From: an uncultured Erysipelotrichaceae bacterium
GTDB taxonomy: Bacteria; Bacillota_I; Bacilli_A; RFN20; DUOF01
Assembly (NCBI GenBank): GCA_964442785.1
Contig: CAYTZW010000002.1
Span: 2,457-66,456 of the forward strand
DNA length: 64,000 nt
Direction of reading: 5' to 3'
Part shown: positions 10,158 through 21,468 of the stretch, piece by piece
How positions within the stretch are numbered: the stretch's first letter is position 1
How the letters are laid out: every line of letters begins with the position of its first letter
Program-made: the position numbers and the translations under genes
The notes under the pieces: generated by a model
Databases searched by the model: none
The model's input: only the letters and a program-made list of their open reading frames with translations
What the model was told of the DNA's origin: nothing

Positions 10158-10598
10158 TTATTTTTTTTCTACTTCTTCTTTAATAACTCCAACAAACATT
10201 TTTATATGTTCAGGAGATAATTTAATTGTTTTTTCTAATCCTTTTTCATCAATATAGTCTAAAACTACTATTTCTTTTTTTACTTTTTTTAAGAATATCC
10301 ATTTTTCTTCAATTCTTACTTCTTTGATATCAGCATAATTGATGTTTTTCTTTGCAAATACATATCTATATACTTCCATTCCTTCTTTATCTAATTTGTA
10401 GAAATCATCAAATAAAAGAACATAAATAGAGAATAACAAGAAATAATCAATAACGATAAACAAAGATAAAGAAATCATTGTTCCAAACATAGAAATTTCC
10501 ATTTTTCTAGTTAATAAAACGACTACAAGAAGAACTACAAAGCTAGAACCAAAGACAATCATCATCTTGTTCCAATTAATAAAAGACTTAAATTTCAT
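10158..10598 (-). CDS. Small membrane protein of unknown function
   Basis: Start refined to MKFKSF, which has a GAGGTGA RBS. Two TM segments. Confidence 0.45.
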   Translation of the reverse strand: MKFKSFINWNKMMIVFGSSFVVLLVVVLLTRKMEISMFGTMISLSLFIVIDYFLLFSIYVLLFDDFYKLDKEGMEVYRYVFAKKNINYADIKEVRIEEKWIFLKKVKKEIVVLDYIDEKGLEKTIKLSPEHIKMFVGVIKEEVEKK

Positions 10599-10772
10599 AT
10601 AAATCACCTCAACACACTTAAAACTATACCATTTAAACCAATTTATTGCAATTCTAATAAAACTAATTGTGAATAAATTCCCAAAGAAGAAAAATCCCAC
10701 TAAAAAAAGGTCATTCTATTGACTAATAATTCTATATAAAATATACTAAATATAGTAGGTGGTGATTCTTTT

Positions 10773-12002
10773 ATGAAAAGAAAACTATTCAGTTTATTTG
10801 TTAATATAGCAATGATTTTCGCTTGCTTTTTACCTTTAACTACCGGTTGTTCACGTGAAATATCAAAATCCGATAGAGACCTTTATTTGACAGCTTGTAA
10901 TGCCGTAAATGATTACGCTAGTAATTCTTCTGTTTCTAATAATTTAGTTAAAACATCATTTAATTCCACAAAACCTTTAACTTGTAAAGAAAGCAATCTT
11001 GATAAGTCAAGCATTAAGAAATCATTAGTAGTTACTGATATTCAAAGTATTTCTCAAGAAGGTCCTTTATCAGTTACTGTTACTTTTAAAGCTCCTCTTA
11101 AAAGCAGTGGCTCTAATGCTTTGTTGTCTGTTCGTTTAGTCTTTAAAATTAAAAATTATAATGCCTATAAATCTTTAACAGAATATATTTATTGTACCAC
11201 AAAATATAATGGTGGCGATGCAAGAAATGTTTGTAATGATTATGATACTTCTGGAAAAGTAGCATATACTTCTAGTAACGTAACCGAAATAATAAAAACA
11301 GGAGCCTACAAAAAAGTTTCTACAAATCACCAGTCTTTTGATAAAGCTGCTGCTGATACAACATTTAGTTTTAAAACAGGAATTGAACTTCTTAATGGAA
11401 ACGTAAATTATAATGGAGAAGAAACCCAAGTCTACAATGGAATTGCTCAAATTGCTATTAACGTTTCCATAGATGATAGTTATGAAAGTCCAGAACAAAC
11501 AATTATTGCCCTTGCTGAAGAAGGATTAAATGTTTTATATTCATCTAAAAATATGAATAGTAATTCTTACACTTACTTAGATGCTGCAGTAAAAAGACTT
11601 GAAAAAATAGGAATTGATTCTTCTTATTTTAAAACTGAAAAACTAGCAAAAACTAAAATTACCTATACTTTAGATGAAGCAGATATCACTGCTAATGTAG
11701 ATAGTGGAATTTATTATACTACTCAAATCGTCCAATCTGAAGGTACCCTAATTTATTCAATGGTCAGTTTTAAATACCAAATCAAAGTATTCTATGCCAA
11801 TGCAACTTTTGCTTCTTCATATTCTGATACCATTATCTTAGGAAAAATTGAAAATTCTGCTAACGGATCTGCTACCTGGTATATATTAAAAGATGATAAG
11901 TGGAGCGATGACTCAGGATTTAGTACAAACGATGCTACTAAAATAGAAACTGGTGATGATTATCGCTGTCCAGGTGAAAAACATTGTTCTTATTCTGACT
12001 AA
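10773..12002 (+). CDS. Lipoprotein of unknown function
   Basis: Signal peptide with lipobox LTTGC; 409-aa Ser/Asn-rich mature part. Confidence 0.6.
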   Translation: MKRKLFSLFVNIAMIFACFLPLTTGCSREISKSDRDLYLTACNAVNDYASNSSVSNNLVKTSFNSTKPLTCKESNLDKSSIKKSLVVTDIQSISQEGPLSVTVTFKAPLKSSGSNALLSVRLVFKIKNYNAYKSLTEYIYCTTKYNGGDARNVCNDYDTSGKVAYTSSNVTEIIKTGAYKKVSTNHQSFDKAAADTTFSFKTGIELLNGNVNYNGEETQVYNGIAQIAINVSIDDSYESPEQTIIALAEEGLNVLYSSKNMNSNSYTYLDAAVKRLEKIGIDSSYFKTEKLAKTKITYTLDEADITANVDSGIYYTTQIVQSEGTLIYSMVSFKYQIKVFYANATFASSYSDTIILGKIENSANGSATWYILKDDKWSDDSGFSTNDATKIETGDDYRCPGEKHCSYSD

Positions 12003-12095
12003 AATTTTCAAACCTCTAAATTGAATTTTAGAGGTTTTTATTTGCAATTATTACCACTTTATTATTACAATATATAAGAAGTGCAGGTGTTAACA

Positions 12096-13934
12096 ATGAA
12101 AAACAAAGAAAGAACTAACAATTCTTTTAAATACTTTTTTAATTTATATAAACCATATCGTTATTCATATATCGTAATTCTTTTATTATCCTTTGCTGTT
12201 GCAGCTTCTTATTTTTTATTTACTCAAGCTTCTAAACTTTTGATAGATTATTGTATAGACTACAATCCTTCTGCTTTAAAATCTAGCAATGTTTTTAATT
12301 TCCTTTTAAATGGCACTTTTGGTGAACCAAAATCAAAACTTTTATTAGCAACCATTATATTAACAATGATTTTATTAGTACTTTTAAAAAATGCTGCTAG
12401 ATATGCAAAATCCTTATTTTCAGTCAAAATAAATGTCAAATATTTTGAAGCAGATTTAAGAAGTTTAGCTTACGAAAAAATGCTTAAAATGAATCAAAGT
12501 GAAATCAATAATTTTACCACAGGAGAAATATTAGCAATCATCAACACCGACACTACAGAAACCAAAACATTAATAGGACAAAATATAAATAATATTCTTT
12601 ACCACATAATTATGATTATTTCTTCTACCATTTATCTTTATATGATTAATCCTATTCTTTGTATTGTACCCCTTATTGGTATTCCAATAATCATCATTAC
12701 CCTTTTTAAACAACTTGGAAAATCTCAAAAATTTGGTCGAGAAAAAAGAGAAACTTCAAAAAGAATTAATAATGTTGTATCTGAAAACATTGCTGGTATA
12801 AGAACTGTTAAAGCCTATGCAGCAGAAGAAACAGAAATCCAAAAGTTTGATGATTGTAATCAAGGTTTTCACGATGTTTCTCAAAAGTTTTCACTAGCTT
12901 GGAATAAATATTGGCTATCCGCTCAATTAATTAGAAGTACCATTCACGTAATTAGTTTATTTTTAGGAACAAAACTTATTTTTGAAGGAAAAATAAGCAC
13001 TGGTAGTTACTTTATCTTTTTAAGTTATGTTTCTAGCATTATTAGTAATACTAACAGTCTAACGAGAATTGTTTTTAATTCCCTTTATCAAGTAACAAGT
13101 ATGAATAAATTATACAACTTCTTAACTTATCAAGAAAACATCAAAGATTGTCAAAAAACAGCAAAAGAAATTAATAATACTCCTAGTATTGAATTTAAAA
13201 ATGTTTCTCTAACCATAAATGATAATAAAATAATTGATAATATTTCCTTTAAAATTCCTTATGGTAAAAAGATTGCTATTATGGGAGCTACAGGAAGTGG
13301 AAAAACTGTTTTATTTATGCTTTTAAATCGTTTCCTTGACCCAACAGAAGGAGAAATACTTATCGATGGTCAAAACATTAAAAATTTAGACCTAAACTAC
13401 CTAAGAAGTCATTTCAGTTATGTTATGCAAAATACTTTCTTATATTCAAATTCTATCTATAATAATATATCTTACTATGCTGATGACTATGTTGATGAAG
13501 AAAGACTTTATAGTGTTTCCAAAATTGCGTACGCTCACGATTTTATTGAAAAACTAGACCAAAAATATGACACCATTGTTGGAGAAAGAGGATATGGATT
13601 ATCAGGCGGTCAAAAGCAAAGAGTTACTATCGCTAGAGCCTTATATAAAGATGCTCCTATTTTTCTCTTTGATGAAGCTTTCTCTGCTTTAGACCAAAAA
13701 ACTGAAAGTCAATTAATCGACAATTTACATAACAATTATGATGCTCGAACTTGGATAATTACTTCACATCGAGCAAATACCGCTAAAGAAATGGATTTAA
13801 TTATCATCTTAGATAATGGTTCTATTAAAGAAATGGGAACTTTTGAAGAACTAATGAAGCTAGAGGGTGTCTATTATAATATTTATTCATACCAAGAAAC
13901 CTTAAAGAAAGAAGGTGAAAATTATGCAAAATAA
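12096..13934 (+). CDS. ABC transporter permease/ATP-binding protein, exporter half-transporter 1
   Basis: 6-TM domain plus NBD (GATGSGKT, LSGGQKQRVTIARAL, LFDEA). Start refined to the ATG after an AGGTG RBS. Confidence 0.8.
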   Translation: MKNKERTNNSFKYFFNLYKPYRYSYIVILLLSFAVAASYFLFTQASKLLIDYCIDYNPSALKSSNVFNFLLNGTFGEPKSKLLLATIILTMILLVLLKNAARYAKSLFSVKINVKYFEADLRSLAYEKMLKMNQSEINNFTTGEILAIINTDTTETKTLIGQNINNILYHIIMIISSTIYLYMINPILCIVPLIGIPIIIITLFKQLGKSQKFGREKRETSKRINNVVSENIAGIRTVKAYAAEETEIQKFDDCNQGFHDVSQKFSLAWNKYWLSAQLIRSTIHVISLFLGTKLIFEGKISTGSYFIFLSYVSSIISNTNSLTRIVFNSLYQVTSMNKLYNFLTYQENIKDCQKTAKEINNTPSIEFKNVSLTINDNKIIDNISFKIPYGKKIAIMGATGSGKTVLFMLLNRFLDPTEGEILIDGQNIKNLDLNYLRSHFSYVMQNTFLYSNSIYNNISYYADDYVDEERLYSVSKIAYAHDFIEKLDQKYDTIVGERGYGLSGGQKQRVTIARALYKDAPIFLFDEAFSALDQKTESQLIDNLHNNYDARTWIITSHRANTAKEMDLIIILDNGSIKEMGTFEELMKLEGVYYNIYSYQETLKKEGENYAK

Positions 13935-15693
13935 TCGTGTCTTTTTTGAAGATGAAAAAGTAGAAGTAAAATTCAATTTCAAATACTTAATGCGAATACT
14001 AAGATATGCTTTTCCTTTTAAATTTTGGATAGGAGTAATCTTTGCTTGTTTACTTGGTCTATCCATTATTGAACTAGTAACACCTTTGTTAGAGTCAAGA
14101 ATTATTGAAAAAGTAGTTCCTACAGGTAAATATTCAGAATTAGTAACTATTTTAGTGGTCATTGCTTTTTTAGAAGTATTAAAATGTTTCCTTGATATCT
14201 TCCAAAATTATATTTCTTACAAATGTGAACATAAAATAATTTACAAAATAAGAAAAGATTTATTCGAAAAATTACAAAAACTTTATTTTGATTATTTTGA
14301 CAAAGTTCCTTCTGGAAAAATATTGGTAAGACTGACAAGTTATGTAAATCAACTAGACGGCTTCTTTGCTTATTATGCAATTCATACTGTTTTTAGTTTT
14401 TTAAAAATACTATTAGTCGTTATTTTTGCTTTTAGAATCAATGTTATTTTTACTCTTATTGTCATTGGCTATATGATAATTCTAATGGTGGTAGCGATTG
14501 GTTTAAGGTCAATAATGAAAGAAAAAAATCGTATTCATAAAAACAAAAATACCAACCGAGTTGCTTTTGTCAATGAAACCATTATAGGTAATACTGTCAG
14601 CAATGCTTTTGAAAAAAACGAAAGCAACGCCAAAACTTTCAAAGAATTAAATAATCTATCTAAAAACAGTTATTACGAAGTTGTCAAATTAAGAGAAAAA
14701 TATAACGCTACTGTATCAGTTATTTGGAACTCTATTAATATCACTTTATATGCCGTTGCCTTTTTCTTAATGTTAAAAGGAGAAGCTGTCTTGGGAGCTA
14801 TCTTAGCATTTTCTTCTTATACTGACTTATTTTACGACCCTATTATGCTTATCATAGAAGCCTTACAAGTATTTTCCGAAAAAAGTGTCAACTTAGAAAG
14901 AATATTTGAATTATTAGATTATCCTGTTAGTGTAAAAGAAAGCCCTAATGCTTATCCTTTACCTCAAGTAAAAGGAAATATCAAATATGATAATATTACA
15001 TTTGGTTATAATAAAGATTTTGCCATTTTAGAAAATTTTTCCTTAGATGTTAAAGCAGGGCAAATGATTGCTCTTGTTGGTCCTACAGGAGCAGGAAAAT
15101 CTACAGTTGTTAATTTACTAAATCGTTTTTATGACCCTGATAAAGGAAATATTTATATTGACGGACATAACATAAAAGAGGTAACCACCCATTCTTTAAG
15201 AAAACAAGTTGGTGTTATGATGCAAGACTCCTTTATCTTTAGAGGTACCATTATGGATAATATCCGCTATGGCTCTCCGCTAGCTACTGATGAAGAATGT
15301 ATTGAAGCAGCCAAAAAAATTGGAGCTAATCAATTAATAGAAAAACTACCAAATAGTTATTATGAAGAAGTTGGAGAAAATGGTGAAGGATTATCTTCAG
15401 GAGAAAAACAACTTATTTGTTTTGCAAGAATTGTCCTTAATAATCCTAAAGTGCTTATCCTTGATGAAGCAACTAGTAATATTGATAGTTTAACTGAAAA
15501 AAGAATAATGGCTGCTCTTGATATTATTACCAAAGATAGAACTTGTTTTGTTATTGCTCATCGACTTTCTACCATTAGAAAAGCTGATAAAATCTTAGTT
15601 ATCAATAATAAAGGTATTCAAGAACAAGGAACTCACGAAGAATTAATGAAATTAAAAGGACAATATTTTAAATTAGTAAATCACCAAATATAA
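13915..15693 (+). CDS. ABC transporter permease/ATP-binding protein, exporter half-transporter 2
   Basis: TMD plus NBD (GPTGAGKST, LSSGEKQL, LILDEATS). Overlaps the partner by 20 nt, consistent with a heterodimeric pair. Confidence 0.8.
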   Translation: MKIMQNNRVFFEDEKVEVKFNFKYLMRILRYAFPFKFWIGVIFACLLGLSIIELVTPLLESRIIEKVVPTGKYSELVTILVVIAFLEVLKCFLDIFQNYISYKCEHKIIYKIRKDLFEKLQKLYFDYFDKVPSGKILVRLTSYVNQLDGFFAYYAIHTVFSFLKILLVVIFAFRINVIFTLIVIGYMIILMVVAIGLRSIMKEKNRIHKNKNTNRVAFVNETIIGNTVSNAFEKNESNAKTFKELNNLSKNSYYEVVKLREKYNATVSVIWNSINITLYAVAFFLMLKGEAVLGAILAFSSYTDLFYDPIMLIIEALQVFSEKSVNLERIFELLDYPVSVKESPNAYPLPQVKGNIKYDNITFGYNKDFAILENFSLDVKAGQMIALVGPTGAGKSTVVNLLNRFYDPDKGNIYIDGHNIKEVTTHSLRKQVGVMMQDSFIFRGTIMDNIRYGSPLATDEECIEAAKKIGANQLIEKLPNSYYEEVGENGEGLSSGEKQLICFARIVLNNPKVLILDEATSNIDSLTEKRIMAALDIITKDRTCFVIAHRLSTIRKADKILVINNKGIQEQGTHEELMKLKGQYFKLVNHQI

Positions 15694-15703
15694 GCGATAT
15701 TTT

Positions 15704-18280
15704 CTATATCGCTTTTTCATTGTTAATTTTTTTAATGATTTCCATTACTAAAATAGGAGAAAAAGCTAATAATAAGGAAATTAAATAATAATTAAAAGGT
15801 AAATGAACAAGTCCAAAAATAGAAGCTAAACTAGGAATAAAAAGGATAATACCGATTAAAAAGAAAGAAACAATACTAGCTCCAACCATATATTTATTTG
15901 AGAAAACACCTATTTTAAATAGAGAATGAGAACTTCTCATATTATAAGCTTGAAAAATCTGTGTTGTTGACAAAGTAATAAAAGCCATTGTTTGTCCTGC
16001 TTTTAAAGAAAGATTGCTTTTTCCAAAATAAAAAGATAATAAAGTTAAAAAAGAAAACATTAAACCTTGAAGCATTATTTTTTTAACTAATCCATTAGCA
16101 AAAATATCTTCATCTTTAGGTTTAGGAGGATTATTCATAATATCAGCTTCTTGTTTTTCTACTCCTAAAGAAAGGGCAGGTAAAGTATCCGTTACTAAAT
16201 TAACCCACAATAATTGCATTGAAATAAGAGGAGTTTCTTTCCAAAGTAACATTGCAAAAAACATTGTAAATATTTCTCCCATATTTGTTCCTAATAAGAA
16301 TTCAATCGTTTTACGAATGTTATCATAAATACAACGACCTTCTTTTACACTTTCCACGATAGTAGAAAAATTATCATCAGTTAAAATCATATCAGAAGCT
16401 CTTTTAGCAACTTCAGTACCTGTTTTTCCCATAGAACAACCAATATCAGCTGCTTTTAAAGCAGGAGCATCATTAACTCCATCTCCTGTCATTGCAACTA
16501 CTTCATTTTGTTTTTGCCAAGCTTTTACAATTCTTAATTTATCCTTTGGAGTAACCCTAGCATAAACTTTTATACCACGTACTTTCTTACTTAGTTCATC
16601 ATCGGAAAGATGTTCTAATTCAGTTCCTGTTATGGCTTGAGCAGAAGATGAAGCAATACCAATTTTTTTAGCAATCGCCGTAGCTGTCAAAACATTATCC
16701 CCCGTAATCATAACAGTTTGAATACCTGCTTTTTTACATTCTTTTAAAGCTTCGATTACTTCTTCTCTTGGAGGGTCAATCATTGCCATAAGTCCTAGAA
16801 AAATCAAATCATTTTCGACTTTAGAAATATCCATTTTAGGTAAAACATCAACTTCTTTATAGGCTAGTGCTAAAACACGATTACCTTCGCTTGACATCTT
16901 CAAACATTGTTTTTCATAATCATTGCTAACTTTATTACATTTTTTTACTAATTGTTCATAAGCACCTTTAACTATTATCAAATATTTTCCATTGTATTTA
17001 TGAATAGTTGTCATTAGTTTCCTATCAGAATCAAAAGGAATTTCTCTTTCTTTAGGATAGTTATCTCGAACTTTTTTTACGGAAATTCCTACTTTTTTAG
17101 CACCTTGAATAATCGCTATTTCAGTAGGATCTCCCACATCTTCACTAGCATTAGAGCAAAGAATTGCAAATTCCAACATTTTCTTGGATTCACTTGTTAA
17201 ATTAGAACTTATTTTTTCAATTTTCTCTTTAGTATAAACTTCTGTTAAAGTCATTTTATTTTGAGTTAAAGTTCCCGTTTTATCAGAACAAATAACCGAA
17301 GCACTACCTAAAGTTTCAACTGCTGGAAGTTTCCTTATAATTGCATTTCTTTTAGCCATTCTTTGTACACTAAAAGCAAAAATAATGGTAACAATAGCAG
17401 GTAATCCTTCTGGAATAGCAGCAACTGCCAAAGAAATAGAAATCATAAAAATTTCTAAAGGTTTCATTTTTTCAAATAAACCTATTGAAAAAATAATAGC
17501 ACAAATGCTTATCGCCATTACTCCTAAAAACTTTCCTAAATTATCTAACTTTTTTTGCAAAGGAGTTTCATTTTTTTCTTGCTCATTTAACAAAGAAGCC
17601 ACATTTCCAATTTCCGTTTTCATTCCCGTGCTGACAACAATCATTTTACCACTACCAGCAACTACACTACTTCCACTATAGCACATATTACTTCTTTCAG
17701 CGACAGGAGTACTTGCAGGAACATATAAACTAATGTTTTTTTCTACAGGAAAAGACTCTCCTGTTAAACTAGATTCATCAACTTTTAAAGAATTTGCTTC
17801 TAGTAAGCGACCGTCCGCACAAACATAATCACCAGTTTCTAAAAAAACAATATCACCAACGACTACTTTATCAATTTCCAAATTTATCTTTTTTCCACCT
17901 CTTAAAACAGAAGTATGGGAAGCACTCATTTTTTGTAAGGCTTCCATTGCTTTCTCCGCCTTTGATTCCTGAATAACTCCTAAAGTAGCATTCATAAAAA
18001 CAATTACCAAGATAACAATAGGTTCTATATAATCAGTAGATTCTTTTGATTCAATCGCCACAAAAAAAGAAATAATCGCTGCAATTATTAAAATAATAAC
18101 CATTATATCTTTAAATTGGTCAATAAATTTAAAAAATACATTTTTCTTTTTTCCAGATTTTAAAACATTAAAGCCATCTCTTTTTAATCTAATTTCAGCT
18201 TCTTTTTCCTCTAAACCTTTTTCTTCATTAGATTGTAATTCTTTTACTACCTCAAAACTTCTTTTCGTATGCCAATCCAT
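15704..18280 (-). CDS. Cation-transporting P-type ATPase (Ca2+-type, P2A-like)
   Basis: 858 aa carrying DKTGTLT, TGDN, GDGVNDAPAL and PEGL motifs. Confidence 0.85.
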   Translation of the reverse strand: MDWHTKRSFEVVKELQSNEEKGLEEKEAEIRLKRDGFNVLKSGKKKNVFFKFIDQFKDIMVIILIIAAIISFFVAIESKESTDYIEPIVILVIVFMNATLGVIQESKAEKAMEALQKMSASHTSVLRGGKKINLEIDKVVVGDIVFLETGDYVCADGRLLEANSLKVDESSLTGESFPVEKNISLYVPASTPVAERSNMCYSGSSVVAGSGKMIVVSTGMKTEIGNVASLLNEQEKNETPLQKKLDNLGKFLGVMAISICAIIFSIGLFEKMKPLEIFMISISLAVAAIPEGLPAIVTIIFAFSVQRMAKRNAIIRKLPAVETLGSASVICSDKTGTLTQNKMTLTEVYTKEKIEKISSNLTSESKKMLEFAILCSNASEDVGDPTEIAIIQGAKKVGISVKKVRDNYPKEREIPFDSDRKLMTTIHKYNGKYLIIVKGAYEQLVKKCNKVSNDYEKQCLKMSSEGNRVLALAYKEVDVLPKMDISKVENDLIFLGLMAMIDPPREEVIEALKECKKAGIQTVMITGDNVLTATAIAKKIGIASSSAQAITGTELEHLSDDELSKKVRGIKVYARVTPKDKLRIVKAWQKQNEVVAMTGDGVNDAPALKAADIGCSMGKTGTEVAKRASDMILTDDNFSTIVESVKEGRCIYDNIRKTIEFLLGTNMGEIFTMFFAMLLWKETPLISMQLLWVNLVTDTLPALSLGVEKQEADIMNNPPKPKDEDIFANGLVKKIMLQGLMFSFLTLLSFYFGKSNLSLKAGQTMAFITLSTTQIFQAYNMRSSHSLFKIGVFSNKYMVGASIVSFFLIGIILFIPSLASIFGLVHLPFNYYLISLLLAFSPILVMEIIKKINNEKAI

Positions 18281-18414
18281 TTTTTACCTCCAATTAAATT
18301 TATTCTTAGGATTTTTAGAATATTCAAACAATTAATAATTAGGAGGGGATTTATAAAAATTTTATTTCAATTCTATCAGTAAATTTTTAACAAAAAAGAA
18401 AAAAGGAGAAAAAA

Positions 18415-20025
18415 ATGAAAAAACTAATTTTACTAACTACAATATTAACAAGTATTATCCAACCAATGACTTTTGTTAATGTCAAAGCTCAAGAAAATTC
18501 CTCAACTGGTGCAACAGTAACGATTGAAACAAAAGAATTAGAATTACCTACAACTATCTATGTAATTGATGTTATAGAAGTACAATTTATCGATGAACTC
18601 GGTGCTTATGGAGGAAGTGGAGATATTGAATATACTTATTCTAATGAAAAAGAATATTACCTTACCGACAACCAAAGCCTTCAAGCCTTAAATGATTTAT
18701 TCTATCAATATAATGAAGGTCGTAATTATGAATGTGATAAATGTGACGGAAGCGATTATGCTTATATAAAAACTACCAAAAGGATAAATGTAATATACAC
18801 CACTAAAACTTCCAACAACTACACAGGTAGAATTATTCCTAAAACTACAAGACAAAACACCAAAACACCTTATACAATAACTTATAATTCTTTAGATAAT
18901 TACTCTCCTGTTGTATCAGGAAAATTAAATTACGTAACTAATCCTCAAAACATTATTACTTTAGAACAAATCATCGCCAATATTTCCGTTATTGATGAAA
19001 CCGACGGTGAAATAGAATTAACAAGCAACAACATCACTTTAAATGAATATGAAAACAACCAAACTACTTTAGGAAATCATAATATTGTTTTTGAAGTGTC
19101 TGACAAAGCAGGAAATAAAGCAACCTTAACGATTACCATTATGGTAATCGATACTCTTTCTCCAATCATTTCAGGACCTGAAACAGTCAATTCTTATATG
19201 TCTAATAGTTTAACTATTCAAGATATAAAAAATTTGCTTTCCGTAGAAGATGATTGTGATGACCTAAAAGTAACTGATATTCAAATAAAAAAAGATGATT
19301 ATACCGAAAACAAAGACAAAATAGGAGAATATGAAATTGTTTTTAGTATTTATGATTTAGCGGGAAATGAAGGTACTCATCAAATGACAATAAACGTTAT
19401 CGATGATATAAAACCTACTATCACAGGAACTTCATCATATCAAAAAGGAAGTACTGATTTAACTTTAACCTTAGAAAAAATACTAAATGATTTAAAAATA
19501 GAAGATAATATTTCAACTTTAGATAAATCTAATCTTAATATTGTAAAAAACACTTATAGTGAAAATTTCTCTAAAGTCGGTACTTGGGAAATAATCCTAA
19601 ATGTTAAAGACCAAGCTGGTAATACCTCAAATGATTTTACCATTCAAATTCAAGTATTAGATGACATTGCTCCTGTTTTTTGGGCTAACAACAGCTTTTT
19701 TGTATACGTAGACACATCTACGCCATTATCATCATCACAAATAGGACAGATAGCCAAAAACATAGGAATTATCGATAAAAAAGCGACAAACATTCAAATA
19801 ATTTCCAATGAATACGAAGGAAATGAAACCATAGAAGGAGAATATCAAATATCTGTATTAGCAATAGATAAAAATGGTAAAGAAAGTGCCGGTTCTTTTA
19901 CTCTAAAGGTTAACACCAATTATGATAAATTGAATTTAGTGAAAAAGACTAAAAAGAAGCTAAAATGGTATCAAAAAATATGGAAAACCATTAAAAATAT
20001 TTTCAGTTTTAAATGGATAAAATAA
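18415..20025 (+). CDS. Secreted protein with four or more tandem DUF5011/HYR-like Ig-fold domains
   Basis: Signal peptide. Repeats of about 95 aa each end in D-x-AGN-x(7)-I-x-V-x-D and the next begins D-x-x-x-P-x-I (DTLSPIISGP, DDIKPTITG, DDIAPVFW). Confidence 0.65.
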   Translation: MKKLILLTTILTSIIQPMTFVNVKAQENSSTGATVTIETKELELPTTIYVIDVIEVQFIDELGAYGGSGDIEYTYSNEKEYYLTDNQSLQALNDLFYQYNEGRNYECDKCDGSDYAYIKTTKRINVIYTTKTSNNYTGRIIPKTTRQNTKTPYTITYNSLDNYSPVVSGKLNYVTNPQNIITLEQIIANISVIDETDGEIELTSNNITLNEYENNQTTLGNHNIVFEVSDKAGNKATLTITIMVIDTLSPIISGPETVNSYMSNSLTIQDIKNLLSVEDDCDDLKVTDIQIKKDDYTENKDKIGEYEIVFSIYDLAGNEGTHQMTINVIDDIKPTITGTSSYQKGSTDLTLTLEKILNDLKIEDNISTLDKSNLNIVKNTYSENFSKVGTWEIILNVKDQAGNTSNDFTIQIQVLDDIAPVFWANNSFFVYVDTSTPLSSSQIGQIAKNIGIIDKKATNIQIISNEYEGNETIEGEYQISVLAIDKNGKESAGSFTLKVNTNYDKLNLVKKTKKKLKWYQKIWKTIKNIFSFKWIK

Positions 20026-20064
20026 AAGACCTTTCGTACTTCATTTAAGTACAAAAAGTCTTTT

Positions 20065-20907
20065 TTACTTTATGAATTTTTTAACCTTTTCAATTACTTC
20101 TAAAGCATCATCAAATCCTGCTTGATACAAATCTTTAATCTTCGAAATATCTTTTTCTAATCTTCCTACCTTAACAGGTTCTTTGGGTTGAATAACTAAA
20201 CACTTATTTTCATTTTCCATTTTTTCAATAAAAGATAACGTACTATTATACATATTATGTCTTTCTTTTATTGCTTCTACTAAATTAGGATAATGTCGAT
20301 ATTTAATTTTTGACAATTTCAAAGAAGAACTTGGCTTTTTTTGATAACCTTTTTGTCTTGTCAAAACTACCAAACATTTATCATATCCATCTTCAAAGGC
20401 CTTTTTTACAGGAATAGAATCCGCCATTCCACCGTCAAGATACCAATGATTATCAATCAGCACAAATCTTGAAACAATAGGTAAAGAAGCTGAAGCTTGG
20501 ACATAAATCATTTCGGTATCTAAATCTTTTACTTGATGATAACAAGCTTTTCCTGTTTCTACATCAGTCATAACTACTAAAAACTTTGTTTTTGATTTTG
20601 AAAAAGTTTCTTTATCAATAGGATAAATTTCATTTGGTAAAACATTATATAAAAAGTCATTATCCAAATAATTTCCTGTGGTTAAAAGTTTTCTCAAACT
20701 TCCCATTTTTTTCTCAGGATTATGAGTTAACAAAGCCAAAGACCTACCATATTGTTTAGATAAATAACTACAAGCATTGATAGCCCCTGCACTAACACCA
20801 TAACAAGCAGAAACTTCAATATTATGTTTAATAAAGCAATCAATTACCCCAGCGGTATATGCTCCTCGCATTCCACCACCTTCTAAAACCAATGCCACTT
20901 TTCCCAT
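20065..20907 (-). CDS. Patatin-like phospholipase
   Basis: GGGMRG oxyanion motif, GVSAG (GxSxG) and a DGG catalytic Asp. Confidence 0.8.
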   Translation of the reverse strand: MGKVALVLEGGGMRGAYTAGVIDCFIKHNIEVSACYGVSAGAINACSYLSKQYGRSLALLTHNPEKKMGSLRKLLTTGNYLDNDFLYNVLPNEIYPIDKETFSKSKTKFLVVMTDVETGKACYHQVKDLDTEMIYVQASASLPIVSRFVLIDNHWYLDGGMADSIPVKKAFEDGYDKCLVVLTRQKGYQKKPSSSLKLSKIKYRHYPNLVEAIKERHNMYNSTLSFIEKMENENKCLVIQPKEPVKVGRLEKDISKIKDLYQAGFDDALEVIEKVKKFIK

Positions 20908-20950
20908 TTTCTTAACCTCTTTTCAAATAAAAAAGGATTTTAAATCCTTT

Positions 20951-21403
20951 CTATAATTCTTTAATTGAAGCAAAAATATTATATAATTCAGCTTCGTTTT
21001 TATCTCTTTCTGCACCTATTACAATAGAAGCACTGATAAGAATTTTTTTCACTCTTGTGAAATAAACACAGAATTTCAAATCTTTAAAAACACAAATAGT
21101 TTTATCAATACGACGACCACTTTCAGTAGTAATAAAACTTCTATTTAAAATTTCCATTCCCATTTTTTGCATATTATTAATGTTTAATTGAATTAATTGC
21201 AAATATTGAGAATCTTGAGGACATTCATCATCTCTATTCATTGAAATACTCTTAGGAGTTTTTCCTTCTAATTTAGTAAAAACATGTAAAGTAGTTTCAT
21301 CTAAATGAAATTTCTTATAATCTTCTTTATTTACTTCTGTATAACTATCAGAAATTTCAAAACTAAAGCCATAATCATTATTTATAATTTTCATATCAAA
21401 CAC
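20951..21403 (-). CDS. Hypothetical protein
   Basis: 150-aa ORF with no recognisable motifs. Confidence 0.35.
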   Translation of the reverse strand: MFDMKIINNDYGFSFEISDSYTEVNKEDYKKFHLDETTLHVFTKLEGKTPKSISMNRDDECPQDSQYLQLIQLNINNMQKMGMEILNRSFITTESGRRIDKTICVFKDLKFCVYFTRVKKILISASIVIGAERDKNEAELYNIFASIKEL

Positions 21404-21468
21404 CTCATTGAACTAATTATACCATATTTTTTTCTTATTAAAAATAATTTTAAAAATATTATTCCAAA